Assembly: GCF_018350175.1 (NCBI RefSeq)
Contig: NC_058368.1
Span: 97,590,001-97,654,000, forward strand
Reading direction: 5' to 3'
DNA from: Felis catus
Taxonomy: Eukaryota
Length of the DNA: 64,000 nt
In this document: piece after piece, positions 49,600 to 62,539 of the stretch
How positions within the stretch are numbered: the stretch's first letter is position 1
Layout: each line of letters starts with the position of its first letter
Notes under the pieces: generated by a model
Told to the model about the DNA's origin: nothing
The model's input: only the letters and a program-made list of their open reading frames with translations
The model's database searches: none
Made by a program: the position numbers and the translations under genes

Positions 49600-52182
49600 C
49601 TCTACTCTGGTGGAACTCCCAAAAGAGTTGTCTCTGCCTACGGTCTACCCTTCTTGGTGCCCCTCCTCAGCCCTTCGCTCTCCAAAATCATTTCTGTTAA
49701 GGTCACCAGAGACTTCCTCTGTAAACCAATCCCATGGCTGCATCTCCATCCTCAACTTCCTGAGCCTCCGCACTATTCTGCATCATCCACCCCTCCCTCT
49801 TCTTAAAATGCCTTCTCGACTTCCACTTTTCCACCTACCTCAGTAACCTGTCTTTGGAAGTTCTCTACATTCTGTGGTGGGCCAGCTCCATCCTTGACTC
49901 TTCTCCACACTCTCTGGGCAGTGTTTCTTAACCTGGCTTGGGGCTGCTGAAAATGTGCGAGTGGGTGGGCCCTGAGAACTCAAATTAATTCAGAATTCCC
50001 AGGGAGGGCCATGAACATCAGTTGATAAAATGTTTTGTTTCTATGCTTTGTGACCTGACTGCACTAATGTGTGGCCAGCATTAAGAATCCAGGTGATGTT
50101 ATCAGGTCCCATGGAATCGATACCAAATCCAGGTAATGACTCCCAAATTAATATGTGTAATACATCTCTCCCAAGTGCCAGGTTATTCGATTATTCTGTT
50201 GTCTGCTTTGCCCTTCCTCTAGGGATGGGCACCTTGATTTCACCGGCCCCCTTTTGCATCCCAACCTCATCCCCTTTGATTGCCCTGCTCAGTCAACACA
50301 TTGGATACACAGCGCTCAGGCTAAAAGCCTAGGTGACCTCTTGAGTTCCTTCCTTCCCTCGGGGCTACCCAGCTAATCCAATAGCAAGTCCTGTCCATTT
50401 TCCTTCCACATATGTATCTCCCACCTCTACCTACTTCTTCTGCTACTATCACTCCCCTTGTGCTTTTGCCTGCCTGCCTCGGCCACTTCGTCCCATGTAG
50501 TCAGAATGACCTTATAAAACCCAGCAGACTGTTGGGGTGCCTGGGTGGCCCGGTTGGTTAAGCGTCTGACTCTGGATTTCGGCTCAGGTCAGGCTCTCAC
50601 AGGTCATGGTTTTGAGCCCTGAGTGGGGCTCTGTGCTGACAGTACAGAGCCTGCCTAGGATTCTCTACCACTCAATCAATCAATACGATTCTCTGCCTCT
50701 AAATAAACAAACAAACATTAAAAAAAAAAAAAACCCAGCAGCCTGTGTGATTTCCTTGCTTCCCACCCTCCTATGTGTTCCCATCACAGTCAAAAAGTCT
50801 GTACTCCTGACCATGAGCCACAAGGCTCCCTTGACATGGCCCCACCCAACTCCCCAACCTCATCTCTCAACACTCCCACCTCCCTTAGTCCTGTCAGGCC
50901 ACACTGCCTCCTTGCTATTCCTCACACTTTCCAAGCTTGTGTCTACCTCAGAGCCTTTGCACCCCCCTCCCTCTGCCTGGGGGGTCCTTGCTCCCTACCC
51001 CCTGCACTTGTTCCTTGACTGTCTCCCACTCTCCTCTCAGGCTTCTGCTCAGATGTTGCCCCAGGAGAAGGCCCATCCAGAATGTTCCCCTTACCCCTCC
51101 CTCTGTCCTTTCTTCTCATTTATCTCTGTTTGACATGCTGTGTTTCTAGCTCTTTCAGTGGAACTTTTTGCACTGCTCTATCCCAGCACCATAAACCATG
51201 CCCGTACCTAATAGATGGCCAACATACTCTGAAAAACAGAGCGCCACTCCTTGAGGCCTGGTCTCGGAACCTTGTGTCTTGTCACCCCTGTGGCTCCTGA
51301 CGCCTTTTCTCACCTGTGAGCAGGACCATGCTGGCTGTAGCCAGAATCCACTGCTAAGTTTATCTCAGAATGTACTCTCTTCTGCTCCCTCTTGTGTGGG
51401 TCCCTGTCTGCTCAAAGAGGACTCCAAAAATAGAGAAGGGTGGGAAGAAATAGAGCATTTTAGTGATAGGTGGATGGACACCCTTCTGTCTCTTCTCGTC
51501 TGTTCAGTCAAGTCCCTACCGCTCCTGTTTTCTACATACAGACTTTTCTTTGATGATCTACTCTCCTGATTATCTTCTAGCTTCTCTGTTCCCTTTCATC
51601 TCCTTTGAAGTCCCCTCCCTCTTCTTTGTCCCTTAAATATTGATATGTTAGGGCTTGGTCTGGCTGTTCTGCTATTCTGACTCTACTCTCTTCCTCGGCC
51701 ATCTTACCCATTCCTGGGCCTTCAGATCCCCTAAATGGCAGTGACTTCCAAATTTATATTTCAAGCCCAATCTCTTGTCTAGGTTCTAGACCTGCATGTG
51801 CAGCTGTAGACCACAGCACAAATGTCTCATAGACAACTCAATTTCAGTGTGAAATGAGGTGAACTGACCTTCTCTCCCAGTTTCCTCCAGTAGATTATCC
51901 AGCTGACTATCCCGAAACCTGCAAGGAATCTTCCCCTATCTCCCCACTATGTCCCATCCATTGCCAATATGATCAACATTACCAATGTTAAGTAGCTGTA
52001 GGAATGCCTGGGTGGCTCAGTTGGTTGAGCATCCAATTCTTGATTTCAGCTCAAGTCATCATCTCATGGATTGTGAGTTCGAGCCCCATGTTGGGCTCTG
52101 TGATGATGGTGCGGAGCCTGCTAGGGATTCTTTCTCCTTCTCTGTCCCTCCAGTACTCTCTGTCTCATTAACTTAAAAAAAA

Positions 52183-52226
<44 letters not shown>

Positions 52227-52680
52227 CCATAGAATCTGTATACTGCTTCTCACTGTTTCCTGCCACCAACCACGACTAGGCTACCACCATCACCTCTTAC
52301 CTAGATGACTTCAAGGACAGACGGTGTGCCCCACCCCCCTCCCACCCCTAGGGCAGTCTGGCCTCCTGAGCTGACATTGGTCTTTATAAAATATCCATCT
52401 GATTGTGTCATCTCCTGACTAAGATGCCTTATTGGGATTTTGACAGAGTCTAAACTTTTAAACAGTGCTTATAGGAAGGATCCTTAATAACCTGTTCTCA
52501 ATGGTGCTATACCTGTTGGAATTTCTTGGAAGTATCTGCTTCCCTTCTTCCACACCCCCATCCCATCACCCCGGCACACACACAGAACCTCCTCTGGCCC
52601 CTTGTGTATCATGAATCCTCAGGGCCACCATGGGGCACAGTAAGACCTCAATAGATATTTGTTGAGTAAATGTGGGAAGG
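49600..52680 (+). mobile_element. long degraded L2 region with nested CanSINEs (50534-50733, 52001-52183), MER5-like piece near 49920-50090 and (CA)n at 52184-52224
   Basis: aaggtcaccagagacttcct, aatgactcccaaatt, ggccacactgcctccttgctattcctca, agagcctttgcac, caatagatatttgttgagtaaatg. Confidence 0.8.
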
Positions 52681-52775
52681 TGATAGCCCTGGATTGTAAT
52701 TGTCCTTGTCCCCCAGTTCTGATTTGCCTTGCCTTAAAAACTGAAAGTTTCCCAGAGTCAAAAATTTCTGTTTTG

Positions 52776-52893
52776 AGGCACCTGGGTGGCTCAATCAGTT
52801 AAGCATCCAACTTCAACTCAGGTCATGATCTCATGGTTCATGGGTTCAAGCCCTGCATCAGACCCTGTGCTGACAGTACAGAGCCTGCTTGGG

Positions 52894-52944
<51 letters not shown>

Positions 52945-52995
52945 TCCCCTCCCCTGCTCACTCTCTCACCCTGTCTCTCAAAATAAACATAAACA
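52776..52995 (+). mobile_element. CanSINE
   Basis: head, (CT)n, aaaataaac tail. Confidence 0.93.
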
Positions 52996-53613
52996 AATTT
53001 TTTCTCTTTTGTTCAGTAGTCCTGGGTATGTGTTTCCCCTCAGCTCTGTAGTTTCCAGGGGGTTATTTAAAAAAAACAAACAAACATGGAACTAAGAGAA
53101 GTTTGTGGGCATCTTCTAGCAAATCATCTGTGCTCTTTGAATGGCCATTGGGTGCTGTGCTTAGGAGGCTGCCAAACAGGGCAGAGAAAGCAAACCACCC
53201 TCATGACCTAGTGGCGAGCGCGGAGGCAGACTGGCCACGGCATGCGCCTCTGTGGTGAACTTTTTCAACGTGAGCGTGCGTAAGCCAGGCTCCAAATACC
53301 TGCGACTTGCTGTGACTTGTCTGAACTGTTTATTGAATTTTTTAAACCTGTCTGGGAAGGAGGCTAGAACACAGTGTGCCTGGGTCTTATCTTAAGTTGA
53401 TCTTATTTAAAAGGAATAGACAAGAACTTAATCATGTTTAACTTGTAGTGATATACATAGGACTTTCGGTTTCCGTTGTCAAGAATCTAAAGGAGAATGA
53501 GGAAGGGTTTTTTCCTTAGAAGACCCTGGTCTGTATTTCAGACTTCGCCTGCGGGGCTGGGAGCTACTTACTGGGTGAGGTTTCCCCCCTCCGTCCTCTT
53601 CAAACTCATACCT

Positions 53614-53825
53614 GGGTGCACCTGGATGGCCCAGGTGGTTAAGCATCCAATTTTGGCTAAGGTCTTGATCTCATGGTTCGTGGGTTCTAGCCTGGCTTTG
53701 GGCTCGGTGCCGACGGTATGAGCCTGATTGGGATTCTCTCTCTTCCTCCCCATCTCTTTGCCCCTCCCCCACTCACATGTTTTTCTCTCTCTCTCAAAAC
53801 AAACACACTTTAAAAAAAAAAAAAC
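53614..53825 (+). mobile_element. CanSINE
   Basis: diverged head and body. Confidence 0.88.
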
Positions 53826-54102
53826 CAACAACTCTTATCTGTGACCTCTTCAGGATGAGGATTGGAGGGACCAACCGTCAGTGCTGAGTCAGAGGGTAAG
53901 CCAGAAGAGAATGACACACTTCCTGCCCTAAGTTCTAGGGAGTTTTTCTGGTTTGTTTTCTGTTTTGCTTTGAAGATTCCCTAAGACAGAAGATTGCCCT
54001 GACCCGTCTTTGGATCAGCAACCTCTGTTTATTTTTGTGATCTCCTAGGATATCCACCTTGCTCTACCTTCTTATCACTCACAGGTTTTAAAAACAAAAA
54101 GC

Positions 54103-54330
54103 TTTTTTTTTTTTTTAAGTTTTTTAATGTTTATCTATTTTTGAGAGGAGAGAGACAGACAGAGCACAAGCAGGGGAGGGGCAGAGAGAGAGGAAGACAC
54201 AGAATCTGAAGCAGGCTCCAGGCTCTGAGCCATCAGCACAGAGCCTGACGTGGGGCTCGAACTCACAAACCATGAGATCGTGACCTGAGCCGAAGTCAGC
54301 CACTTAACTGATTGAGCCACCTGGCGCCCC
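54103..54330 (-). mobile_element. CanSINE
   Basis: reverse SINE body. Confidence 0.95.
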
Positions 54331-54339
54331 TACAAAAAA

Positions 54340-54930
54340 CTTTTTAAAATCTTTATTGCAGAAGTTTCACATGCTTGTGTCATATATCTATCAACTACAA
54401 TTTGACTCAAAAAATGAAAAATGGGAGCGAGGGGGAAGGGAGAAAAAAAAGATACTCCTTAATTTCACCACCCAGAAAAAAAGTTTGTGAATATCACTCC
54501 AGGCTTTTCCTGTATGCCTCTAGTTTTTCTCTACAAAAATTATATGGTACTTAATAAAATTTCTTTTATATATTGCTTTGTAGCCTTTGTGAAGAGTTCC
54601 CATCTTATTAATTACTTGACACGATCCTTTTGAAAGACTGTATTACGTGCCATTATACGGATGTGCCGTAATTCACTTCAGCCTATCCTCCGTTTGGACA
54701 GCGGGGCTGTTTCCAGGCTCTGGCATTATTAGAACCCCACACAACTCCCTCGTACTACAGCTGCCCACACTTGTCCCTGTTTCATTGGAGGTATTCTTGG
54801 AAGTGGCTCAAAGGGCGTGTGGAGTTTTCAGGTTTTGATCTTTATTGCCACTTTGCCTTCCAGACAATTTGACCTGCTTTATATTCCCACCGTATAATAT
54901 AAACTTCTCACCATGTCCTGTATGGCACTG
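54340..54930 (-). mobile_element. L1ME-like fragment
   Basis: ccattatacggatgtgccgtaatt..ttgccactttgccttccaga..tttatattcccacc. Confidence 0.6.
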
Positions 54931-55215
54931 TCTGTGCTGGCCCATGCTTGACTGCCATCTGCTCCCCACACCCATCTCCCCCATGCTTCCCCCATGCGGC
55001 CACACCGGCCCCCTTTCTGCCCCTCCCCCCCCCCCCCCCCCCCCCCCCCCGGAAGCGTGCTGACATTGTCCTGTTTTGGCTGGAGTACCTGCTCTTCCCA
55101 CTGCCTGGCCTGCTCTTCCTCTGGCTCTTGGCATTGTCCTTTGAGGCCACCTCTGCCAGGGTGGTCTCCATCACACCCCCTTTGTTTCCAGTCTGCCACT
55201 GCTCACCATCTGTCC

Positions 55216-55953
55216 TTTTTTTTTTTTTTTTGGTTTTTATTTTTGAGACAGAGAGAGCGCGTGAGTGGGGGAAGGGCAGAGGGAGAAGGAGACACAGAAT
55301 CTGAAGCAGGTTGCAGGCTCCCAGCTGTCAGCACAAAGCCCGATGCGGGGCTTGAATCCACGAACTGTGAGATCATGACCTGAGCTGAAGTTAGATGCTT
55401 AACCGACTGAGTCACCCAGATGCAACCCCACCCCCCGCTTCTTTTTTCTTTTCTTTTTTTTTTTAATTTTTTTTTTAACGTTTTATTTATTTTTGAGACA
55501 GGGAGAGACAGAGCATGAACAGGGGAGGGTCAGAGAGAGGGAGACACAGAATCTGAAACAGGCTCCAGGCTCTGAGCTGTCAGCACAGAGCCCGACGCGG
55601 GGCTCGAACACACGGACCGTGAGATCATGACCTGGCTGAAGTCGGACCCTTAACCGACTGAGCCACCCAGGCGCCCCTCTTTTTTCTTTTTTTAATTCCA
55701 TTGTCCAGCCATCCAGGCATGGACTATGATTATTTTTTTAAGATTTATTTATTTACTTATTTATTTTGAGAGACAGAGAACAAGCATGAGCAAGGTAGTG
55801 GCAGAGAGAGAGAGGGGAGAGAGAGAATCCCAAAGAGGCTCCATGCTATCAGCACAGAGCCTGATGTGGAGCTAGAGTTCACCAGGCCCGAGATCATGAC
55901 CTGAGCAGAAATCTAGAGTCGTATGCTGAACCGACTGAGCCACCAGACGCCCC
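55216..55953 (-). mobile_element. three CanSINEs (middle copy 55450-55677 young)
   Basis: three reverse bodies; outer flanking repeat caccatct(t)gtccttt. Confidence 0.93.
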
Positions 55954-55959
55954 ACCATC

Positions 55960-56800
55960 TTGTCCTTTAATTATTTGTGTGTTTTGTTGGCTGCATCTCT
56001 TCCCTCCACCATTGAAAGTCAGTTCTGTAGCTCAGGCTTCCTCATGTATTCTCCTCCCCACCGTCTTCCCAGCATCTAAATCCGTACCTCGCATGCAGTA
56101 GGTACTGGATAAATGCGGGTTGATTCTGTTGAATGAATGGAGAAGTCTCCCTGACGTCCAAGAATGTGCAGTGTAGTGTGGATAAGGAAATGTGCAGAGC
56201 AGGGGCTATCCCTTGGAGCAAAATGTGCTGAATGCTGTAGGAAACTTCCGAGTGGCATAGGTAGACAGAAGTGAGAGCTGACCACTGGCTCCGAGCATCA
56301 CCCAGGCCCCGCGTGAGCTAAGCCTCGGGCTCTGTAATTGATGATGGTGGAAAGGGCCCAAGGGGCCAGGGCATGGGGGTGAGCAGAGGCCCAGTGGGAG
56401 GACCATGGGAAGTACTCTGCGGCCAGGATTCGGGGCCACCTGAAACCTTGACATGCCAGTGTGGACTCTGACCCATGAGCAGCAGGGAAGCACTGCACGT
56501 GGCCCCCCAGAGGGTGACATGGTAAGTGACGATGTGGAAGCACCTTTTAAATGTACTTCTTGGCACAGGTGGTGGTGTTAAGGTGACAGATCCGCACTTG
56601 GGGAAGATATCCTGGGAGGGTGACTAAGTGGAAGGAGAAGGAAGTTCAGGCCAGAGGATGACACCTGGGGTGACAGGGAACGCCGGAGGGGCAGTTGGGG
56701 AGGGCGGAACAGGAGGATTTGGGGGAGGGTAGGGGGAGCGAGGGGTCCGCAGTGACACTGAGTCTGAATGACCAGTGGGTAGGTGAGATACGGAGCCCCA
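55960..56800. mobile_element. L2 fragments
   Basis: gcagtaggtactggataaatgc..ttgaatgaatg; gtggactctgacccatgagcagcagggaagcactg. Confidence 0.55.
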
Positions 56801-57501
56801 CAAGAGAAAGCTGTTATGGAGCGAGGAAGCATACGAATCTAGTCTGGGTCCACCCCTTTGCTGGACCAGTGAGTACTGTGTAGATTGAACTCGCTCATGT
56901 GCCCTCCTTTGCCCTGAAGAATCTCGGGTGATGAGAACATAGAGCAGGGGGGCCAGAAATTATCACAGGATAGGGGTCTTGGGCTCCCATGGCCCCCTTC
57001 TCATCTGACAGCCCAATGGGAAGGGGAAATGGGGCTCCAGCCTCTCCCCAGGGGATTAGAGGTGGTTTGCTGACCGTGTCCACTCCCAGTCATAGGTGGA
57101 AGGAGTGGTGTCAGCTTGCCATTGGGTAAACATGTTCAGTTGTGAGGCTGAGGATGATGGTACGGAGGACAGGTGGCCGTGTGTTGGCTGCATGTGCACA
57201 GGCACTCTGGGGACATATGTCACCCTGAAGTGGGTGACACAGCACCCTTTCCCTGCAAACAGGCAAACCCCATGTGTGTTTCTCCTGAAGGGGAATATCT
57301 GGGAAATTTTACTCAATATGTGGCTGTAGTTTCGGATTATTCTCTAAATTGAAAAGTTTTTGAATGTCAGTCTTTTAGGTCTGAAAATAGCCACAGGGAT
57401 AAAAACTACATAACGACCAAGCTCTCTCTCTGAAGGAAGAAGGGCGAGTGGAACTGCGTGCTGGCATCCCCTGGAAAGTTGTCTTTTCAAGAAACCACCT
57501 T

Positions 57502-57745
57502 GGGGCGCCTGGGTGGCTCAGTTGGTGAAGCATCTGACTCTTGATTTTGGCTCAGATCATGATCTCATGGTTCATGAGTTCCAGTCCCGCATGGGGCTCT
57601 GTGCTGACAGCGTGGAGCCTGCTTGGGATTCTTTGTCTCCCTCTCCCTGCCCCTCTTCTACTCACTCTCTCTCAAAATAAATACATTAACATTAGAAGGA
57701 AGGAAGGAAGGAAGGAAGGAAGGAAGGAAGGAAGGAAGGAAGGAA
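57502..57745 (+). mobile_element. CanSINE with (GGAA)n tail microsatellite
   Basis: ggggcgcctgggtggctcag head; (ggaa)n at 57695-57745. Confidence 0.93.
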
Positions 57746-58329
57746 CCGCCTTGTGCCCCCTTTAACGCAGGAGTTTAACAGCATCCCAATGAAAATGAGG
57801 TGAAAACAGCCAAAGCATGGTGGGAAGGCAGCAGGACTTGGTGAATGAGTGACCATCAAGCTGAGAGCGGAATCAGCAGTGACCACAAACATGGTAGTGT
57901 TGGAACCCAGAGAGGTTAAAACAGAGGAGAAAATAATTGGGTTTGGCAGTGGAGGAACGTTGAGGAATTCAGCTCGGGAAATATCAGATGTTGCCTATTA
58001 ACTAGAAACACTAGAAATTTATAGAGAAATTGACTCGGCAATTGGAGGGTTTTTCCTTGGCAAATGGAAAGTTTCATTAGTTTAGTATTTTATCACTAGG
58101 GATCCTGCTCAGTTTTACATGCGGATTTGCAGTGGAAGAATGCTATAAAGTGTCAGGACTCCGTTTATATGCATTTCAACAGAAAGGAAGCTGCATTCAA
58201 GTGCCAGCATATTTACTGCAGCAGACACTCAGTGTTTTTTGCCTTGTAAATGCTGATCTTAGTGTTTTCATGGGTGGTGCCGGTGCGAATAGGGCTTTGT
58301 GTCTGAGGAAGACAGACATAAATGCTCAT

Positions 58330-58700
58330 TCTGAAGTCCTAGGATTCCGTTCTCACCACAGCTGCACGGCTAACCAGCCTAGCGGTGTGATTTGGGGCAC
58401 GGCTTTCAGCTTCCTCAGGCTGCTTCATTTTTTTTTAATGTTTACTTATTTTTGAGAGAGAGAGACACGGAGAGACAGACAGAGCATGAGCGGGGGAGGG
58501 GCACAGAGAGAGGGAGACACAATCTGAAGCAGGCTCCGGGCTCTGAGCTGTCAACACAGAGCCCGACATGGGGCTAGAACGCACGAACATTGAGATCATG
58601 ACCTGAGCTGAAGTTGGATGCTTAACCGACTGAGCCACTTTGCTTGTGAAGAAAGGTTAGATGATATCAGAGGTCTTGCCATCCCTGAAGTTGTGTGAAT
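58330..58700. mobile_element. MIR interrupted by a minus-strand CanSINE (58427-58638)
   Basis: tgtgatttggggcacggctttcagcttcctcagg; reverse SINE. Confidence 0.8.
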
Positions 58701-58834
58701 TTTAAGAAATAAAAGTGGTGGTTTTTTTCTTTTTGTTTTTTTGGCAGGGGTGGGGGCTCTGAGTAGCATTTTATAAAATTTATACTTAAACCATAGAAAC
58801 TACATACGATCTGATAGATCTGCCTTCCCACACT

Positions 58835-59058
58835 TTTTAAAAAAAATTTTTAAAACATGTTTGTTTATTTTTGAGACAGAGAGAGACAGAGTGCAAGTGG
58901 GGAATGGGCGGAGAGAGAGGGCGACACAGAATCTGAAGCAGGCTCCAGGCTCCGAGCCATCAGCACAGAGACCGATGCAGGGCTTGAACTCATGAACCAT
59001 GAGATCATGACCTGAGTTGAAGTCGGATGCTTGACCGACTGAGCCACCCAGGCACCCC
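58835..59058 (-). mobile_element. CanSINE
   Basis: reverse SINE body. Confidence 0.95.
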
Positions 59059-60852
59059 ACCCCACCCCAACCCCACAACTTATTTTTTGTGCAGCTCTTT
59101 TCTGGGGGAGGCTGTGAACGGCAGCAGACCTCATAACAGATCTGAGAAATCTCCTTCCCAGTCCTGTTCTGATGCCAGCGCTGCCCCTTCCCCCACCACA
59201 GCTCCAACTCACCCTGTTTCACTTACCGCTTTCCTGGCTTTGAAAGGTGGGTTAGCAGGTGTTTTTTTTATTTTCTAGACACTGACCTATTTATGCTTTC
59301 TGTGATACGATATTAAGAGAAAAAAGCCAACAGATTTGGCTCAGGACATACCTGGGTTCACAGGCTGGCACTGCCCTGAGCAGGCATGTTACATTTAGGG
59401 AACTCCCTGTCCTCACCTGTGACCTGGACAGCAGGGTGCCCACCTCCTGAGGTTTTGGTGAGGACCGGGTGAACATAGGGAAGACATCACACACACTCGC
59501 TGGCATCGAGAGGGTGCCGGACGCTGGCGAGATTTTCGCAGCCTTGTCTAGGCACAAACCATGGGCTTCTCTGCCGGTGCAAACCTCCTTTGGTGAGAGA
59601 GGGTGAGTCCGACCGCCCGCCGTCTCTGCGACAGCATCTGTGCAATGCTTCTGGAGTACCTTCCCAAGCTGGGGCACTCACTCTTCTAGAATAACTCCCG
59701 ATCAGCCCTGCTTTGCCCATGACTGCTTTCTCCTTGAAGAGGAGAGGAGGGTCAAAGGGAAGCAAGTCAAATTATTTGGGGCTGTGGCTTTAGGGAGGCT
59801 GCTGAAAGAGTTGAGGTGGCTGGAGGAGGCAGAGGAGAGGAGGTCTGGAGAGGACCTAAGGCGGGGACAGGGTCATCATTCTTCGTGGCAGCCATGGTAG
59901 CATATCCCAGGGACTAGGGAGCGTCTTGGAAAGGCCAGAGCATGAAGGTCAAGGTGTTCTGTAGACATTTCCAGTTCTGTCTCTCAGGCTGTAAAATTGG
60001 ATGAAGGAAACAAATGCAGGTATCTTTTTCATGCAGGCACCAATTTCACGAATGCTCTGGTGATGAATGTGCTGCTGATAAGGATGTGGGTGACTGTCAG
60101 GCAATCTTGTTCGCGGGGGTATGTCATGAGCAGTCGATGAAACTAGGCCAGAGATGGTGTGTGCTCCGGAGATTGTTCTGGGAGGGCAGGGCTTGCGACG
60201 TCCTGTTGACTGTGCTGCTTAACCTCTTTAGCTCTGCCAGTCTCTTTGGAAATTGGGATTGCCACCCACTTTCCCTGGGTGTGGGGACAGTGAAATGATT
60301 TCAGTGACAGTGCCTTGCTCTGAGATGCCTAGATAGCACAGAGCACATGCATACCCAAGCAGAGAATCTGGTTTTCTACCTGCCACTGTCCTGTGGCTGC
60401 AGATCTCATAGATGGACCCAGGCTTGCCTACCGATGACTTATTGAGGATCACGGTGAAACTCCAGAGCGCTTCTGTCATCAGCGGTGCCAGGAGCGGGTG
60501 ACTGCAGGCGTTGGGGTGCTGAGAAGTTTGCTTCAGCTGCAGAGCTGTGCTCACCAGAAAAGATGTCCCTGTGCATTCCCTAGCAAAGCTGGATCTGGAC
60601 AGATTCCTCGGTCCCTGGGCCCCCAGGCAGAGTTTCCAGGGCTGTGTCCTCTCCTTTCCCTGCCTCAGAGCAGGCATCTCTTTTGGTATCTCTTTCAGGC
60701 TCCTCTCTGAATTAGTGATGCTCCAGCTTTGGGACACCACCACAGTTGTTGGTCCTTGAATCGACCTTGAGTGGCTTAATTTGCAAGTCCTAAGAAAGCA
60801 TACAAGAGCTGTATTCATAGCTACAAAGGCAACTGAAAAGAGTTAGGTGTTG

Positions 60853-60863
60853 TTTTTTTAAGT

Positions 60864-60914
<51 letters not shown>

Positions 60915-61415
60915 CAGAGAACCAGTGGGAGAAGACAGAGAGAGAGAGAAGGAAAGAATCCCAAGTAGGTTCTGCACTGTCAGCACAGAGCTTGACATGG
61001 GGCTCAAACTCACAAAACCCCGAGATCATGACCTGAGCTGAAACCAAGAGCCGGATACATAACCAACTAAGCCACACAGGCGCCCCTTACAGCTTTTTTT
61101 TTTTAAGTTTATTTATTTATTTTGAGAGAGAGAGAGATAGTGTAAGTGGGGGAGGCTGGAGAGAGAGGGGGAGACAGAATCCCAGTCTCCACACCTGTCA
61201 GCACAGAGTTCATGTGGGGCTCAATCCCATGAACTGGGAGATCATGACCTGAGCTGAAACCAACTGTCACATACTCAACCAACGAAGCCACACAGGCGTC
61301 CCTTAAAGCTTTTTTTTTTTCTGTAAGTTTGTTTATTTATTTATTTTGAGAGAGAGGAGCGAGCGCAAGTGGGGGAGGGGCAGAGAGAGAGGGAGACCAA
61401 GAATCCCAAGCAGGT
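60853..61415 (-). mobile_element. three tandem CanSINEs (last truncated) with (TTTA)n
   Basis: reverse bodies ending at about 61086, 61302 and 61415. Confidence 0.92.
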
Positions 61416-61763
61416 TTGATATTGTTTTACATAAAGCTGTTTTGTTCCATGAATCTTCCTCATCTTTAGTTCTGTGGCTCTTTCTTCCCAAGTGAAGGAA
61501 GTGAGCTGAATATTTTAACTACAGATGCTGGGACTTCTTGAAGCAGCAAACTTTGAATGGATCCGAGCCTATAAGATCGAGGCATTCTGGTCTCAAGGGA
61601 GAGAAGAGGGAGGGATATCTTAAGGATATGCCCCCCCCCCCGCCCCGTCTAGTTTGTAACCCATCCCGATGTGTTGATTTTATTCTCCATTGCTGGAGAG
61701 CTTTCTCCAAAAGCAGAAATTGGCCCTCCCTGACTATGCCTGGAGCATGTGCGACAGGGTCCT

Positions 61764-61780
61764 GCCGCCATGTTGGCGGC
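61764..61780. promoter_or_regulatory. YY1 consensus site inside a 7-bp inverted repeat
   Basis: GCCGCCATGTTG is the reverse complement of CAACATGGCGGC; gccgcca-tgt-tggcggc. Confidence 0.4.
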
Positions 61781-62027
61781 TGTGATTCTGTACGCCTCTT
61801 CCTCCAGTCTTCCCTCCCCTTCACGGTGCTGCTTCTCCTCTCCAGCAGTAGTGGACAGAGTGGTTCTTGGCAGCCACGTAGCCATGCAGCTACCACCAAG
61901 GTAGTATTTTAAGGAAACATGAGAGAACAGTTCCTCTGTTTAGACGTGGTATTTCTGCTCTTTACAAAAACTGTGTCGCTTGGAATTGCCAATGCGTTAG
62001 TGTCTGCAAGGTCGTAGGGATTAGAAT

Positions 62028-62236
62028 CTTTTTTAAAAATGTTTATTTATTTATTTTGAGAGAGAGTGTGGGAGCAGGGGAGGGGCAGAGAGGGAGGAAG
62101 ACAGAGAATCCCAAGCAGGCTCCGCACTGTCAGCGCAGAGCCTCACGTGGGTCTCAAACTCCTAAACCATGAGATCATGACTTGAGCCGAAACCAAGAGT
62201 CGGATGCTTAACCATCTGAGCCACCAGGTGCCCCCC
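62028..62236 (-). mobile_element. CanSINE
   Basis: TSD gattagaatctt. Confidence 0.95.
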
Positions 62237-62539
62237 TAGTGATTAGAATCTTGGACTTCCAAGAGGAATAGTATCTTGGCATCTTCTCTGACCCTTAGTC
62301 TCTGATGAAGTGGTCATGGCATTAACGGGCCAGTGAGAATTTGGGGACATAACACAAGGAATGAAGAAGGATGGTTTCTAAGGTGTAAAAGTTCGAACCA
62401 TCATGAGGTAGTCACATGATAATGTAGGCTATAAAGAAAATAAGTAATGGATAATGTGTTTGTAAATTGGCATTGATTTGGTATCTCTTTCAGGCTCTTC
62501 TCCGAATTAGTAGTAGGCATTTGGTTTATAATTCAGGTC

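Noticed and set aside
55020..55050. Poly-proline/poly-glycine ORFs
   Set aside because: Produced by a poly(C) homopolymer run.
56440..56530. Strong donor ATG|gtaagt at 56522
   Set aside because: Embedded in L2-derived sequence with no good upstream acceptor.
61649..61775. Minus-strand MAAGP...SAFG reminiscent of the SELENOF N-terminus
   Set aside because: Two short patches with wrong spacing; no poly(A), TSD or further homology.
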